The notes beneath the pieces are model-generated. The model saw only the letters and a program-made list of their open reading frames with translations. It ran no database searches and was not told the origin of the DNA. Below, piece by piece: positions 9,803-21,234 of a stretch of 64,000 bases of DNA. Location: positions 1 to 64,000 of the forward strand of contig JBKBRF010000034.1 of assembly GCA_046292385.1 (NCBI GenBank), in the 5' to 3' direction. The translations under genes were made by a program, and so were the position numbers. This DNA comes from Armatimonadota bacterium. GTDB lineage: Bacteria; Armatimonadota; SYMT01. The stretch's first letter is position 1; every line of letters starts with the position of its first letter.

Positions 9803-11632
9803 ATGCCCCACGGCGCGGGCTTGATCGTTACGATCACCGCCGGATTGGTCGCCGCTCTTATTGGCGGGTTCATTGCTACCCGCCTTCGTATGCCCACCAT
9901 CGTGGGCTACCTGGTAGCTGGAATTGCCATCGGCCCCTTCACTCCCGGTTTTACCGGAGATGTGAAGGTCGCAGCCGAGCTTGCCGAAATCGGCGTCATT
10001 TTGCTGATGTTCGGCGTCGGGATTCATTTTTCGCTCCGGCGGCTGCTCGCCGTCCAATCCCTGGCGGTGCCCGGAGCGCTGGGCCAGATTTTCGTAGCCA
10101 CCGCGCTGGGAGGCGGGCTCGCTCTCTCCTGGGGCTGGGGGCTCGGCGGCGCGATCGTCCTCGGACTCGCTCTCTCGGTCGCCAGCACCGTCGTGCTGCT
10201 GCGAGGCCTGGAGGAGCAAGACCTGCTCGACACGGGTCACGGCCGGGTAGCGGTCGGATGGCTCATCGTCGAGGATCTGGTCACCATTCTGATCCTCGTC
10301 ATGCTGCCGGCACTCGCCGTCTCACTGGGCGGCACCGCCGGACACGGCGCCGCCGCGGCGTTGGGCGGCTCCAACGTCCTGCTCGCCTTCGTGCTCGCCG
10401 TGGGGAAGACCGCCCTGTTCGTGGCGTTGATGCTCTTCGTCGGCGCGCGGGCGTTCCCCTGGTTCCTGATGCAGGTGGCGCGCACCAACTCCCGAGAGCT
10501 GTTCACGCTGTCGGTGCTCGCCGTGGCGCTCGGGGTGGCGGTCGGCTCGGCGATGCTCCTCGGGGTCTCGCTCGCGCTCGGCGCCTTCCTGGCGGGAATG
10601 GTGATCAGCGAGTCGGACCAGAGCCACCAGGCGGCCGCCGACGCGCTGCCGCTGCGGGACGCGTTCGCGGTGCTGTTCTTCGTCTCGGTCGGGATGCTCT
10701 TCAATCCCAGCATCCTGATGACGTCCCCCGGCCGGGTGCTGGCGGTGGTCGCCATCATTATCGTCGGGAAGGCGCTGGCCGGCTTCGCGCTGGTGGCGCT
10801 CTTCAAAGGGCCGCTGCGCACCGGGCTCGTCGTTGCCGTCGGCCTGGCCCAGATCGGGGAGTTCTCGTTCATCGTGGCGGAGCTCGGGCGGCAGCTGCAG
10901 CTGCTTCCGGACGAGGGATACCAGCTCCTGCTGGCCGGAGCGCTGATCTCCATCTCGCTCAACCCGCTGCTGTTCCGCACCGTCGAGCCGCTGGAGCGAT
11001 GGATCAAGAGCCATCCGCGGTTGAGCTGGCTCGCGGGAGATCGCGCCCCGGCGCCGGACATGACGGAGGGGGGGCATCCGCCGCTGCACGACCACGCGAT
11101 CATCTGCGGCTACGGCCGCGTCGGCAGCCTGGTGACCACGCTCCTGCAGCACCGCGGCATTCCCTGCGTGGTGCTGGAGCTGAACCAGCGGCGGGTGGAC
11201 GACCTCCGTTCCCGGGGTACGCTGGCGTTCTTCGGCGACGCCGCCAATCCGGACGTGCTGCGCCACGCCGGTCTCGACCGGGCGCGCGTGCTGGTACTGG
11301 CGATGCCGGACCCGTTCTCCGTGCGCCGCGTGGTGGAGCACGCGCGGGCGCTCAACCCCGAGATCACGATCATCGCGCGGACTCACAGCGAGAGCGAGTG
11401 GATCCATCTCCTGACCTACGCCGACGAGGTGGTGCTGGGGGAACGGGAAGCGGCGCTCGAGATCGCCCGCGCCACCCTCACCCGCTTCGATCTCACGCCG
11501 GACGAGGCACTCTCGCTGGTGGAGACCCTGCGGGGTCGGGTGGAGCTCGGAAGCGGCATCGTGCCGGAGCTGCGGCTCCAGTCGCTGCAGGAGGACCGGA
11601 CCACCGTCGGAGCCGGCCGAAGCGATCACTAG
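9803..11632 (+). CDS. CPA2 cation:proton antiporter (YbaL/Kef-like) with TrkA-N domain
   Basis: LAEIGVILLMFGVG, SVASTVV, GWLIVED, LAQIGEFSF, C-terminal GYGRVG..GDA; start ATG 9803 after GAAAGGAAG. Confidence 0.9.
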   Translation: MPHGAGLIVTITAGLVAALIGGFIATRLRMPTIVGYLVAGIAIGPFTPGFTGDVKVAAELAEIGVILLMFGVGIHFSLRRLLAVQSLAVPGALGQIFVATALGGGLALSWGWGLGGAIVLGLALSVASTVVLLRGLEEQDLLDTGHGRVAVGWLIVEDLVTILILVMLPALAVSLGGTAGHGAAAALGGSNVLLAFVLAVGKTALFVALMLFVGARAFPWFLMQVARTNSRELFTLSVLAVALGVAVGSAMLLGVSLALGAFLAGMVISESDQSHQAAADALPLRDAFAVLFFVSVGMLFNPSILMTSPGRVLAVVAIIIVGKALAGFALVALFKGPLRTGLVVAVGLAQIGEFSFIVAELGRQLQLLPDEGYQLLLAGALISISLNPLLFRTVEPLERWIKSHPRLSWLAGDRAPAPDMTEGGHPPLHDHAIICGYGRVGSLVTTLLQHRGIPCVVLELNQRRVDDLRSRGTLAFFGDAANPDVLRHAGLDRARVLVLAMPDPFSVRRVVEHARALNPEITIIARTHSESEWIHLLTYADEVVLGEREAALEIARATLTRFDLTPDEALSLVETLRGRVELGSGIVPELRLQSLQEDRTTVGAGRSDH

Positions 11633-11850
11633 CCGTAGAGGTCGATCGTTTGCTCCCGACCGCCGGAGCTGCTGTAGGGCGGTCAGTATCGATCAGGAGG
11701 AAGTGACAGAACGCGTCCGGGGAGTAGGCGCGCCCGAGTTATCGGGCACGAAGACTCGCCTCGGACGCCAAGACCCGAACCCGGGGTCCGGCGGAGCCTG
11801 CAGCCTGTCTCGCAGGAGCCGCCGGGCAGCGGAGAAAGGACCCGGAGAAA

Positions 11851-12753
11851 ATGTATTCCGAGCTTCGCCCGGACCGGATCGTCGAGACGATCAACCACCT
11901 GGGACAGCGCATCGAGGGGAGCTTCCCCGGCAGCGGCCTGGGACGCGTGACCGCCGAGCTGGGCCGGCTGGCCCGGGAGGCCGGTCCCACCGCCGGATGG
12001 CTCCGGCAGCCGATCTGGCCGCTGCGCATCGGCGCGGCGATCGGGATCCTCGGGATCGTGCTCGTGATGTGCGGGGGCGCCCAACTGGCGCTGGCGATCC
12101 CGCTGCGGGTGGATGGCGTGGGGGAGTTGCTGCAGGCGAGCGAAGCCGCCGTGAACGAGATCATCCTGCTCTCGCTTGCCATCTTTTTCCTGCTCTCGCT
12201 GGAGACGCGGGTCAAACGGGGGCGAGCGCTCGCCGCCCTGCACCAACTGCGCAGCATCGTCCACATCGTCGACATGCACCAGTTGACGAAGGACCCGCAG
12301 CAGCTCCTCAGCCCCGATACCACCTTCCCGCCCGCGCGCAGCTACACCCGGGTGGAGCTGGCGCGTTATCTCGACTTCTGCTCGGAGCTGCTGTCGCTCG
12401 CGAGCAAGCTGGCCGCGCTGCACGTCCAGTACCTGAACGACCCGGTGGTGCTGGCGGCCGTGAACGACGTCGAGGCGCTGGCGGGAGGCCTCTCCAACAA
12501 GATCTGGCAGAAGATCATGATCCTCGACGTGATGACCTCCGGGACCCCGCGGCTGCGGAAGCGCGCTCCTCGCACTCCCGGCCGGGCTCACCCCCTCCGC
12601 GCGATGGCCGCCGCGGAGGAAGAGCGGAGCCGGGACGCGCTCGCCGGGGTGCGGGCGACGGTCATCCGGCGAGCGGTCGTCCCCCGGTCTGCGTTCCGTC
12701 ACCCCCTCGCTAGGACGACGAAGTGGGGAGGAGGTCCGCGGCGGAGCGAGTAA
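11851..12753 (+). CDS. Conserved hypothetical membrane protein
   Basis: Two TM segments, conserved-looking HIVDMHQLTKDP and YLDFCSELL, GC-rich codon usage; C-terminal extent uncertain. Confidence 0.65.
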   Translation: MYSELRPDRIVETINHLGQRIEGSFPGSGLGRVTAELGRLAREAGPTAGWLRQPIWPLRIGAAIGILGIVLVMCGGAQLALAIPLRVDGVGELLQASEAAVNEIILLSLAIFFLLSLETRVKRGRALAALHQLRSIVHIVDMHQLTKDPQQLLSPDTTFPPARSYTRVELARYLDFCSELLSLASKLAALHVQYLNDPVVLAAVNDVEALAGGLSNKIWQKIMILDVMTSGTPRLRKRAPRTPGRAHPLRAMAAAEEERSRDALAGVRATVIRRAVVPRSAFRHPLARTTKWGGGPRRSE

Positions 12754-12792
12754 GAGCAGAGGTGTTGACCCCGCTGCCGCTCGTGAGGCTCC

Positions 12793-15576
12793 ATGCGAAC
12801 GATTCTGATGGCGCTCCTGCTCTCCGGGTTTCTCCCCGTCTCCGCCGCGCTCTCGGCCGATGCTGCCCCACCCGATAAGACCGCCGCGGTGCCGCGGCTG
12901 GCGCTGGAGCCGGACCCGCACGCCCGGTTCGAGTTCTCCGACCTGCTGGGAAGCCGCGTGGCGCGCAACACCCGGGAGTGGCTGATCCCGGCGCCGGAAG
13001 CGAACCCCGGCATGCTGGAGATGTTCCGGGTGCGCGACCGCCTACCGAAGCCGCAGCTCGTACCGTGGGCGGGCGAGTTCGCCGGCAAGCACCTGATCTC
13101 GGGCGTCCAGGCGCTGCGGCAGCACGAGAACCCGGCGCTGCGCGAGAGTGTCGCCTCGCTGGTGAAGGGGCTCCTCTCCACACAGGCGGAAGACGGGTAT
13201 CTCGGCCCGTTCACGCGGGCGGAGCGCCTGCGGGGACATTGGGACCTCTGGGGCCATTACCACTGCATGCTCGGCCTGCTGACGTGGCACGAGCAGACCG
13301 GCGACGCGGCGGCGCTGCGCGGCACGATGCGGGCGGCCGACCTGATCTGCGCCACCTATCTCGACACGGGTCGACGAGTCCACGACGCCGGCTCCCCCGA
13401 GATGAACATGGCGGTGATCCACGTGCTGGGGCGGCTCTACCGCCTTGTCGGGGAGCCCCGCTACCTGCGGATGGCGCGTGAGATCGAGAAGGACTGGGAG
13501 CGCGCCGGCGACTACTTCCGCACCGGCCTGGCGGGCGTGGAGTTCTTCCAGACGCCCACCCCGCGCTGGGAGAGCCTGCACGATCTGCAGGGGCTGGTGG
13601 AGCTCTACCAGATTACCGGCGACGACCGCTACCGGACCGCCTTCGAGCACCACTGGCGCAGCATCCTGCGGTGGGACCGGCGCAACACCGGCGGCTTCTC
13701 CTCCGGGGAGCAGGCGACCGGCGACCCGTACGCGGCGACCGCGATCGAGACCTGCTGCACCGTCGCCTGGATGGCGCTGACGCTCGACATGCTGCGCCTG
13801 ACCGGCGACCCGCTGGCGGCCGACGAGCTGGAGCTCTCCACCTACAACGCCGGCGTGGGGGCGCAGCATCCCTCCGGCCGCTGGTGGACCTACGACACGC
13901 CGATGGACGGCGCCCGGGAGGCCTCCGCACACACCATCGTCTTCCAGGCGCGGGCCGGCACGCCGGAGCTGAACTGCTGCTCCGTAAACGGCCCGCGGGC
14001 GCTGGGGATGCTCTCGGAGTGGGCCGTGATGCGCGACGGGGCGGGGCTGACGGTCAACGCCTACGCGCCCGGCCGGTTCGACGGGAAGCTGGAGAGCGGC
14101 CTCAAGGTGCGCCTGGACTGGGAGACCGATTACCCGCGCTCGGGTCGGGTCACGCTGGCCGTGCGGCCGGAGAAGGCGACCCGCTTTCCGCTGCGGCTGC
14201 GCATTCCGCGGTGGTCGGAGCGGACGGTGGTCCGGGTGAACGGAAAGGCGGTGGAGCAGGTGCAGCCCGGCCGCTACCTGGCGCTCGACCGCCGCTGGGC
14301 GAAAGGGGACCGCGTCGAGTTGGAGCTCGACATGGCGCTGCGAGCCGTCGCGGGAGACCGGGACGCGCTCGGAAAGGTGAGCCTCTACCGGGGGCCGCTG
14401 CTGCTGGCGTTCGATCCGCGCGACAATGACTTCGACGAGGAACGGCTGCCGCCGCTCGACCTGGCGCGGCTGGCGCAGGCAAGCCTGAGCGCTCCAAAGG
14501 ACGGGTGGGTGCTGCTCCAGGCGGCGGGATCGGACGGCACCGTGGTGCGGCTGCGGGACTTCGCCAGCGCCGGAGCGACCGGCCGGCGCTACCGCTCCTG
14601 GCTGCCGGCAGCGTCTCCGCTGCCGCCTCCGCCCGTGACGCGCCTGCCACGGGACGGCGCGGCCGTTCCGAAAGGCCGGGTACTCTTCCGCTGGACCGGA
14701 CCCTCGTCTCCGAACGACTCCGTGAACGAGTACCGGCTGATTGTAGCGGACGATCCGGAGTTGAAGCGCCCCGTGGTCCGGATACCGGCGGTGAAGACGA
14801 ACTGGGTGGTGGCCGGCGAGCAGCTCGAGGCGCTCAAGCCGGGCACCAGCTACTGGTGGGGAGTGGAAGCGGTGAACGCGCACGGCACCTCGCGCTCTAC
14901 CGGCCCCGCCGCGCGGCTCACGCTCGACCCAACGCTGCCTCCGCTTACTGAAGCGCAGCTTCGCCCGCCGGCCGCGGTCGGGGTGCTCCTGCGTGCGGCG
15001 CTCTCCGGAGCGCCCGATCCCGGCCAGGGGACGCTGACCGAGGCCGAGGGCGCGAGCGCTTCCACAGGGCCGGGGGGCGAGGCGAACGGCGCGGTGCGGC
15101 TGGACGGCGCGCGCGGACGCTTGAAGTACGCCGTCGACCAGTTTCCCGAGGAAGAGTACACCGTCGCCGTGCGAGTCCGGATCGACGCGCTCCCGAGCGG
15201 GCGGATCGCGCAGGTCTTTAGCGCCTGGACCGCCCCCGCGGACGATCCACTGCGGATCACGGTGGACAGCGGCAAGCTCTTCGCGCGGATCGAAGCGGGC
15301 GGCAGCTTCAGCACCCCCGGGTTCCCGGTGACCCCCGGCCGCTGGTACGACGTGGTGGCGGTAAAGCAGGGCCCGCGCCTGCTGCTCTACGTGGACGGGC
15401 AGGTGGTGGGTCAGTCCGCAGCGCCGCTCTCCGTCCGGTCCCGGAGCCGGGAAGTCGCCCTGGGAGGCAACCCGCGCTACGCCGGCAACGAGTTCCTCGC
15501 GGCCACGTTCGCGGACTTCTCGCTCCACGGGCGGGCCTTTACCGCCGAAGAGGTACGGGAGCGGCCCCGCCCGTAA
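12793..15576 (+). CDS. Secreted GH127 (beta-L-arabinofuranosidase-like) protein with FN3-like and LamG/ConA domains
   Basis: Signal peptide; GEFAGK, DGYLG, ETCC and NCC Zn/Cys motifs, LRIPRW; C-terminal WYDVVAV..LYVDG. Confidence 0.85.
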   Translation: MRTILMALLLSGFLPVSAALSADAAPPDKTAAVPRLALEPDPHARFEFSDLLGSRVARNTREWLIPAPEANPGMLEMFRVRDRLPKPQLVPWAGEFAGKHLISGVQALRQHENPALRESVASLVKGLLSTQAEDGYLGPFTRAERLRGHWDLWGHYHCMLGLLTWHEQTGDAAALRGTMRAADLICATYLDTGRRVHDAGSPEMNMAVIHVLGRLYRLVGEPRYLRMAREIEKDWERAGDYFRTGLAGVEFFQTPTPRWESLHDLQGLVELYQITGDDRYRTAFEHHWRSILRWDRRNTGGFSSGEQATGDPYAATAIETCCTVAWMALTLDMLRLTGDPLAADELELSTYNAGVGAQHPSGRWWTYDTPMDGAREASAHTIVFQARAGTPELNCCSVNGPRALGMLSEWAVMRDGAGLTVNAYAPGRFDGKLESGLKVRLDWETDYPRSGRVTLAVRPEKATRFPLRLRIPRWSERTVVRVNGKAVEQVQPGRYLALDRRWAKGDRVELELDMALRAVAGDRDALGKVSLYRGPLLLAFDPRDNDFDEERLPPLDLARLAQASLSAPKDGWVLLQAAGSDGTVVRLRDFASAGATGRRYRSWLPAASPLPPPPVTRLPRDGAAVPKGRVLFRWTGPSSPNDSVNEYRLIVADDPELKRPVVRIPAVKTNWVVAGEQLEALKPGTSYWWGVEAVNAHGTSRSTGPAARLTLDPTLPPLTEAQLRPPAAVGVLLRAALSGAPDPGQGTLTEAEGASASTGPGGEANGAVRLDGARGRLKYAVDQFPEEEYTVAVRVRIDALPSGRIAQVFSAWTAPADDPLRITVDSGKLFARIEAGGSFSTPGFPVTPGRWYDVVAVKQGPRLLLYVDGQVVGQSAAPLSVRSRSREVALGGNPRYAGNEFLAATFADFSLHGRAFTAEEVRERPRP

Positions 15577-15593
15577 CGAGAGCCCCTTCTCAA

Positions 15594-16004
15594 ATGGAGA
15601 ACACGATGAGCCGAGAGAACATCAGCACCGGATCGAAATGGGAACCGATCATCGGCTACTCGCGCGCCGTCCGGGTGGGCGAGCAGGTCTTCGTCTCAGG
15701 CACCACCGGAACCGACGCCAGCGGGACCCTGGTGGGCAAGGGAGACGTCTACGCCCAGACGGTCCAGACACTCAAGAACGTGGCGGCCGCCCTGGAGCGG
15801 GCCGGCGCCAGCCTGGAGGACGTGGTGCGGACCCGGATCTACCTGGTCGACATCGCCCGCGACTGGCAAGAAGCGGGGCGGGCTCACGGCGAGGTGTTCG
15901 GCGAGATCCGGCCGGCCACCACGATGGTGGAGGTGCGGGCGCTGATCGACCCGGAGATGCTGGTCGAGATCGAGGCCGACGCGGTGATCGGCGCTTCCCC
16001 TTAA
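15594..16004 (+). CDS. RidA/YjgF family protein
   Basis: [30 protein letters not shown]. Confidence 0.92.
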   Translation: MENTMSRENISTGSKWEPIIGYSRAVRVGEQVFVSGTTGTDASGTLVGKGDVYAQTVQTLKNVAAALERAGASLEDVVRTRIYLVDIARDWQEAGRAHGEVFGEIRPATTMVEVRALIDPEMLVEIEADAVIGASP

Positions 16005-16074
16005 CGCCGGGCAAACTCGCCGCGAGCTGACCCTGACCGGCGCCTCGCGAGCCTCTACCCACGGAGTCTACCGC

Positions 16075-16533
16075 ATGCTGCGAGAGCTGTTCCCCCACGG
16101 CCGGTTTCATCCTCCGGCCTCCAACGCGCAGATCGCCGCGGTGGAGGCGAGCCTGGGCGTGCGGCTGCCGGAGCCCTTGCGGCGCCTCTACCTGGAAGCC
16201 GATGGCTTCCGAGAAGACCGCGGCAACGCGAAGTACCTACTCTCCCTGACGGAGCCGGATACGATCGGCTCGTTGGTGAGCACGACCCGCTTCTATTGGG
16301 ACGAATGGCCGGGGATTCAGCCCGGGTTGGAGCTCCGAGACTACCTCTTCTTCGGCTACTCGGGCGGCGACGAGGTGTGGGGGATCCACTGGCGGCCACC
16401 GGAAGAGATCATCGTCTACCATCCGCAGATGGGGAGCAGCTTCGAGACAGCGGGCACCGACCTCCTCCGGCTCTTCCGGGACGACTACGCCGCCTACGAC
16501 CTGCTCGCGGAGCCGGACGCGGCCGATGGTTAG
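16075..16533 (+). CDS. SMI1/KNR4 (SUKH) family protein
   Basis: PPAS..QIAAVEASLGVRLPEPLRRLYLEADG. Confidence 0.8.
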   Translation: MLRELFPHGRFHPPASNAQIAAVEASLGVRLPEPLRRLYLEADGFREDRGNAKYLLSLTEPDTIGSLVSTTRFYWDEWPGIQPGLELRDYLFFGYSGGDEVWGIHWRPPEEIIVYHPQMGSSFETAGTDLLRLFRDDYAAYDLLAEPDAADG

Positions 16534-16553
16534 CACGTTCCGTCGACCCGGTG

Positions 16554-17284
16554 ATGACTGACTTCTATGCAGAGGACCTGGCGTACGTCCACCACACCGG
16601 CTTCGGCGACTTCGCCCGGGGCACGGCGCCCGGCCTGATCCGGCACCTGCGGAGCGCAGGAATCCGGCAGGGGAGGGTCGTCGACCTCGGCTGCGCAGCG
16701 GCATCTGGGCCGGAGAGCTGCTGCGCGCGGGGTACGACGTGCTCGGGATCGACCGCTCGCCGGCCATGCTCCGGCTGGCAAGGGTCGAGGCGCCCGGCGC
16801 GCGCTTCGTAGCCGCCTCGATCCAGGAGGCGGCCCTGCCGCGGTGCGCCGCCGTCACCGCTCTCGGCGAGGTGCTCAACTACTATCCGCCCGGGCACGAT
16901 CCGCCGCTCCTGCTCCCGCTCTTCGCCCGCGTGCGGGAGGCGCTCGCGCCGGGAGGGCTCTTCCTCTTCGACGTGGTGCTTCGCTCCAAGAGGCGCCCCA
17001 TGCGCTATCACGCCTCACGGGAGGGGGAGGGCTGGCGGGTGGAAGTCGACGTGGTCGAAGAGCCGGAGCGCTCCCGCCTCACCCGGCAGATCCGAATCGC
17101 GCGGTGCGTGGACGGCATCGAGCGCGCCTCTGCGGAGATCCACCGGCTGCAGACCTTCTCCCGCGCGGAGCTGGAGGGCTGGCTGCGGAAGGAAGGGTTT
17201 ACCGTCCGAGCCCTCCGCCGCTACGGCGAGATGCCCCTCGCGCCGCAGCGGATGGCGTTCCGAGCGCGACGGGCGGGACGCTGA
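16554..17284 (+). pseudogene. Class I SAM-dependent methyltransferase, frameshifted at about 16695
   Basis: Frame 1 reads FYAEDLAYVHHTGFG...VVDLGC and the next frame continues SGIWAGELLRAGYDVLGIDRSPAML; one G missing from the DLGCGSG motif; may be an assembly error. Confidence 0.8.
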
Positions 17285-17358
17285 ACGCAACGGTGCATCG
17301 GCACAGCTTCTGCCGGCATTACAAAGGCTTTCTACCCGCAGTGGGTGAACCTGTCTGT

Positions 17359-17838
17359 ATGGCAAGTCTCCAATGGACCCTGCGCCTCCTCCCCCTGCTT
17401 CTGGCCCTGGTCGCCTGCGGCTGTTCGCCGCGGGACTCGGTCCTGCAGGTGGAGGACGATGACCCGGAGATGGCCGCCGCCATCTCCCAGGCCCGTGCCT
17501 CGCTTCCCCACCTCTGGAGTGTCTTCGAGCGTCCCATCCGCGGGGAGAGCGTGTTCTCGCTGAAGGTGAAGATCACGGACGGGAACGGCACCGAGCACTT
17601 CTGGGTGGGCAGCCTGGAACGGCGCGACGGAGTCACGACCGGGAAGATCGACAACGATCCGAACATCGTCCGGAACGTCAAGCTGGGGGAGCGGATCACG
17701 ATCCCGGACGCCGACATCTCGGACTGGCTCTATAAGCGCGAGGGAAAGATGGTCGGCAACTACACCCTCCGCGCCATGTTCAAGCAGATGCCCGCCGAGG
17801 AAGTGAGCCGATTCCGGGCGATGATGGCCGATCCGTAA
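17359..17838 (+). CDS. DUF2314/YegJ family lipoprotein
   Basis: Lipobox-like LVACGC, DDPEMAAAISQARASL, EHFWV, IDNDP, ISDW, GNYT. Confidence 0.85.
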   Translation: MASLQWTLRLLPLLLALVACGCSPRDSVLQVEDDDPEMAAAISQARASLPHLWSVFERPIRGESVFSLKVKITDGNGTEHFWVGSLERRDGVTTGKIDNDPNIVRNVKLGERITIPDADISDWLYKREGKMVGNYTLRAMFKQMPAEEVSRFRAMMADP

Positions 17839-18156
17839 CCGGCCGCCTCGCGACCGGCGCGCTCTGCGGGGGAGACATCACTCGGGGGGAGGTAACTCCC
17901 CGCGGAGGAAGCGGAGACCATCCTGCGCCAGCTACTCTTCCGGAAACCGCCGCGAGTGTTCACGGTGTCGTACCCGGCCTCGCTGCTGTCGGCGGCGGAG
18001 CCAGATCGTCGAGCCGCCGGCGCGGCGGTCGACTACACCGATCCACAGGGTAGAATGGAATGGAGCTCCAGGGCGTGGGCAGGAAGTACTGCGGGACTCG
18101 CGCCTGCACCACAGTCCGCTCGCCGTTCGGAGGGCGAATGGATCGAGAGGGAAAGT

Positions 18157-18348
18157 ATGAAGAAAGCGGCGGTTGTATTCCGATCGTTCGAGGCAGCGGA
18201 GCGCGCCGAGAAGGAATACTACCGGAGCCTCTCTCCAGGAGAGCGCCTGGAGATTCTCCTGGAGCTGAACCGGCGCTTCTATCCAACCGTAGATGATCAG
18301 CCTTCCGAAAGACCTGCGCGAGTTTATCGGGTTACTGAACTCGAATGA
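18157..18348 (+). CDS. Small protein, putative antitoxin partner of downstream nucleotidyltransferase
   Basis: YYRSLSPGERL motif, 63 aa, overlaps next gene by 56 nt. Confidence 0.6.
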   Translation: MKKAAVVFRSFEAAERAEKEYYRSLSPGERLEILLELNRRFYPTVDDQPSERPARVYRVTELE

Positions 18349-18736
18349 GGTTCGCTATCTCATCGTGGGCGGCTACGCCGTGGCCTACCACGGTTATCCG
18401 CGCTCGACGGGGGACATCGACTTCCTCCTTCAGGTCTCCGAAGAAAACGCTTCTCGCGTGATCGAGGCGCTGCGAGAGTTTGGCTTCTCCAGCCTGGGAT
18501 TACGCCCAGCCGATCTCCTCCAGGAAGGCATCGTCATTCAGTTGGGCTACCCGCCTAACCGCATCGATCTGCTCACCGGGATCAGCGGCGCCACCTTTGA
18601 CGATGCCTGGGAGAAGCGGATCGAGGATGAATTCGACGGCCTGACGCTGATCTTCGTCGACCTCGAGACTCTGCGGGCAAACAAAGCGGCAACAGGTCGG
18701 CCGAAGGACCTGGCCGACCTGGATGCGCTCTCTTGA
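18293..18736 (+). CDS. Minimal nucleotidyltransferase (pol-beta superfamily)
   Basis: VGGYAV..HG.PRSTGDID, RIDLL, NKAATGRPKDLAD. Confidence 0.85.
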   Translation: MISLPKDLREFIGLLNSNEVRYLIVGGYAVAYHGYPRSTGDIDFLLQVSEENASRVIEALREFGFSSLGLRPADLLQEGIVIQLGYPPNRIDLLTGISGATFDDAWEKRIEDEFDGLTLIFVDLETLRANKAATGRPKDLADLDALS

Positions 18737-18752
18737 ATGGCCGGGGCCGCGT

Positions 18753-19640
18753 CTACTTGCCGGCGAGGATCAGGTCGACGCGGCGGTTGACGTCCTTCAG
18801 GTAGTCGGCGTCGCCGCCGCCCAGCTCGCAGGTGACCCAGCCGTTGTAGCCGATCTCGCCGAGCGCCTTGCGGACCTCCGGCCAGTCGATGCTGCCGTCC
18901 CGCAGGTTGACGAAGTCGCCCTTGATCGCCTGGAAGAGGCCCGGACCGCCCTTGAAGTCTTTCAGGTGGACCTTCTTGATCCGCGGGCCGAGGGTGCGGA
19001 TCCAGTCTTGCGGCCAGCCGAACGGCACCACGTTGCCGACGTCGAAGTAAGCCTGGACCCAGGGGCTCTGGAAGCTGTCGACGAACCGGTTGAACTCCAG
19101 CGGGGAGAGCAGGAAGTTGTTCCAGACCTCCTCGATCAGGATCGGCACGCGGAGCCGCTCCGCGGTGGGGATCAGCTTGCGGATCCCTTCCTGCGCCCAT
19201 TGGTAGGCGCTGCCGTACGGCGTCTGGGCGTTGACCACCCCCGGCACCAGGAGGATGCAGTCCGACCCGAGCGCCTTGGCACTGCGCAGCGCCGCCTCGG
19301 CCAGCTTGACGCTCTGCTCCCGCTGGGCAGCATCCGGGTGGGTGAGCGGGGGATTCCAGCCGCCGTAGATGACCGAGTGGAGCCGCACGCCCGCTTTCTC
19401 CGCGGCAGAGCGGAGCGCCTCGCACTCCGCTTCCGGCACCGGCGGCATCTCGATGCCGTCGAAGCCGCACTCCCGCGCCAGCTTGAACCGCTCCGCCGGC
19501 GGGAGAGCCGAGGGGAGCATGGAGTAGACGACCGCCTTCTTCATGCCGCCTTCCTGGGCCGCGAAGGCCGAGCTGGCGCTCAGCCCGGCGGCTACGGCCG
19601 CGCCCGCGGCAGTCTGGGCGAGGAAATCACGTCGCTTCAT
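18753..19640 (-). CDS. Tat-exported sugar phosphate isomerase/epimerase (AP-endonuclease-2 TIM barrel)
   Basis: KRRDFL Tat motif, GFDGIE, IEEVWN, FDVGN, HLKDF. Confidence 0.9.
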   Translation of the reverse strand: MKRRDFLAQTAAGAAVAAGLSASSAFAAQEGGMKKAVVYSMLPSALPPAERFKLARECGFDGIEMPPVPEAECEALRSAAEKAGVRLHSVIYGGWNPPLTHPDAAQREQSVKLAEAALRSAKALGSDCILLVPGVVNAQTPYGSAYQWAQEGIRKLIPTAERLRVPILIEEVWNNFLLSPLEFNRFVDSFQSPWVQAYFDVGNVVPFGWPQDWIRTLGPRIKKVHLKDFKGGPGLFQAIKGDFVNLRDGSIDWPEVRKALGEIGYNGWVTCELGGGDADYLKDVNRRVDLILAGK

Positions 19641-19673
19641 TTTCTGTTCCTTATCCTGGCGAACCGGGGTCGC

Positions 19674-20972
19674 CTACCCGAGCGGGGGAGTACCGGGCTT
19701 CGCCATGGGGGCGATGGCGAGCCGCCCGTCCCAGCGCAGCTCCTTGGGGAAGAGGTCCTCGCCGGACTTCAGCAGCTCGTCCCAGGTGACGGCGGCGCCG
19801 GTGTAGGCGGCCATGCGGCCCATCAGGCCGGCCAGGGTGCTGCGCGCCATCTTCTCCTGCTCGCGGATCGGCTGGCCCTTGCGGATGGCGGCGAAGAGGG
19901 CGTCGTGCTCCAACTGGTACATCGTCTTCTTCGGCGGCGGCGTGCGCCACTCGGTCTCCCCGGACATCTCCGCGGCGGCGAAGCGCACCGTGCCGGTCCC
20001 CTTCGCGCCGATCACGTAGTCGGTGTTGTCGTTGTGGGAGACGCCGGCGATCTGGCGCTGCGCCATCGTGGCGCGGGTGCCGTCCGCCCACTCGTAGAAG
20101 ACGTCGATGTGGTCGTAGATATTCCCCTCGTTATTCGGGTGGACCCGTCCGCCGGTGGCGACGCAGCGCACCGGAGTCACGTCTTTCATCGCCCACATGA
20201 TCTTGTCGACGCTGTGGCACGCCTGCTCGATCAGGCCGTCGCCGCTGAGCCAGACGAAGTTGTACCAGTTGCGGATCTGCCACTCCACGTCGCTCATCCC
20301 CGCCGGCCGCGCGGAGGCGGGTGGCATCGGCTTGACGGGCCCAGTCAGGTAGGTGGAGTGGATGAAGCGGACCGGGCCGATGGCGCCCTCGTGCAGCCGC
20401 TTGAAGAAGGCGCGGTGCGGCTCCGCGTACCGGTAGCAGAAGCCGGAGAGGAAGCAGCGGTCCTTCCGCGCCCCGTCCGCCGCCCGCAGCGCGGAGAGTA
20501 CGCCGGCGACGTCGGTCCCCATCGGCTTCTCCGCAAAGATGTGCTTGCCCGCGGCGACGGCGGCCTTGATGTGCTGCGGCCGGAATCCGGGCGGGGCGCA
20601 GAGGAGCACCACGTCGACGCCGGAATCGATCACCTTCTGGTAGGCGTCGAGCCCCACGAACTGCTGCGAGGCCGACACCTGCACCCGGGAGCCGAACGTC
20701 TCGTGCTTCCGCAGCGCGCCGACGCTCCGCTCGATCACCTCGGGTAGCACGTCGCCCATCGCCGTCAGCACGGCGCCCTTGTCGGCCTGGAGCGCGTCGA
20801 CCGCGGCACCCGTCCCACGCCCACCGCAGCCGATAAGCCCCACCTTGAGCTGGTCCGACCCCTGCGCGAAGGCGTAGTTTCCGCTCGCCAGCAGTGCCGC
20901 CGAGCCCGCCGCCGTCGCACCCTTCAAGAACTCTCGGCGGCTCGACGCCGCGCCCTGGATCTCCTCTGACAT
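19674..20972 (-). CDS. Tat-exported Gfo/Idh/MocA oxidoreductase
   Basis: SRREFLK, GLIGCGGRGTG, HIFAEKP, EQACH; start 20972 with GGGAGG RBS. Confidence 0.9.
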   Translation of the reverse strand: MSEEIQGAASSRREFLKGATAAGSAALLASGNYAFAQGSDQLKVGLIGCGGRGTGAAVDALQADKGAVLTAMGDVLPEVIERSVGALRKHETFGSRVQVSASQQFVGLDAYQKVIDSGVDVVLLCAPPGFRPQHIKAAVAAGKHIFAEKPMGTDVAGVLSALRAADGARKDRCFLSGFCYRYAEPHRAFFKRLHEGAIGPVRFIHSTYLTGPVKPMPPASARPAGMSDVEWQIRNWYNFVWLSGDGLIEQACHSVDKIMWAMKDVTPVRCVATGGRVHPNNEGNIYDHIDVFYEWADGTRATMAQRQIAGVSHNDNTDYVIGAKGTGTVRFAAAEMSGETEWRTPPPKKTMYQLEHDALFAAIRKGQPIREQEKMARSTLAGLMGRMAAYTGAAVTWDELLKSGEDLFPKELRWDGRLAIAPMAKPGTPPLG

Positions 20973-21234
20973 CCCACTACCTCCCGCCGCGCCCGCGCCG
21001 CGCGACCGCGCAGCCGCCGCCGACTGTCCCATGCTGCCTTTCCAACCCAGGCGGCCCGTTTCCTGCCCGGCGGCCAAGAACTGCGAATTGCGAGCCTGGT
21101 AGGTTGCTCGGGGAGGAAATATCGGACGCTCGTGGAACCGAAGATCAACTACACAGTCCGGAAACCCCCGCCGGTACGCCGGGCGAGAGCTGCGCTGCGT
21201 TTTGCAGGTCGGCGAGCGACTGAGAAGAGGTCCG

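Noticed and set aside
13042..15528. Long antisense ORFs (e.g. 13042-15528, 47420-49882, 4520-6391, 18723-20747)
   Set aside because: Typical stop-poor shadows opposite high-GC genes; no recognisable motifs
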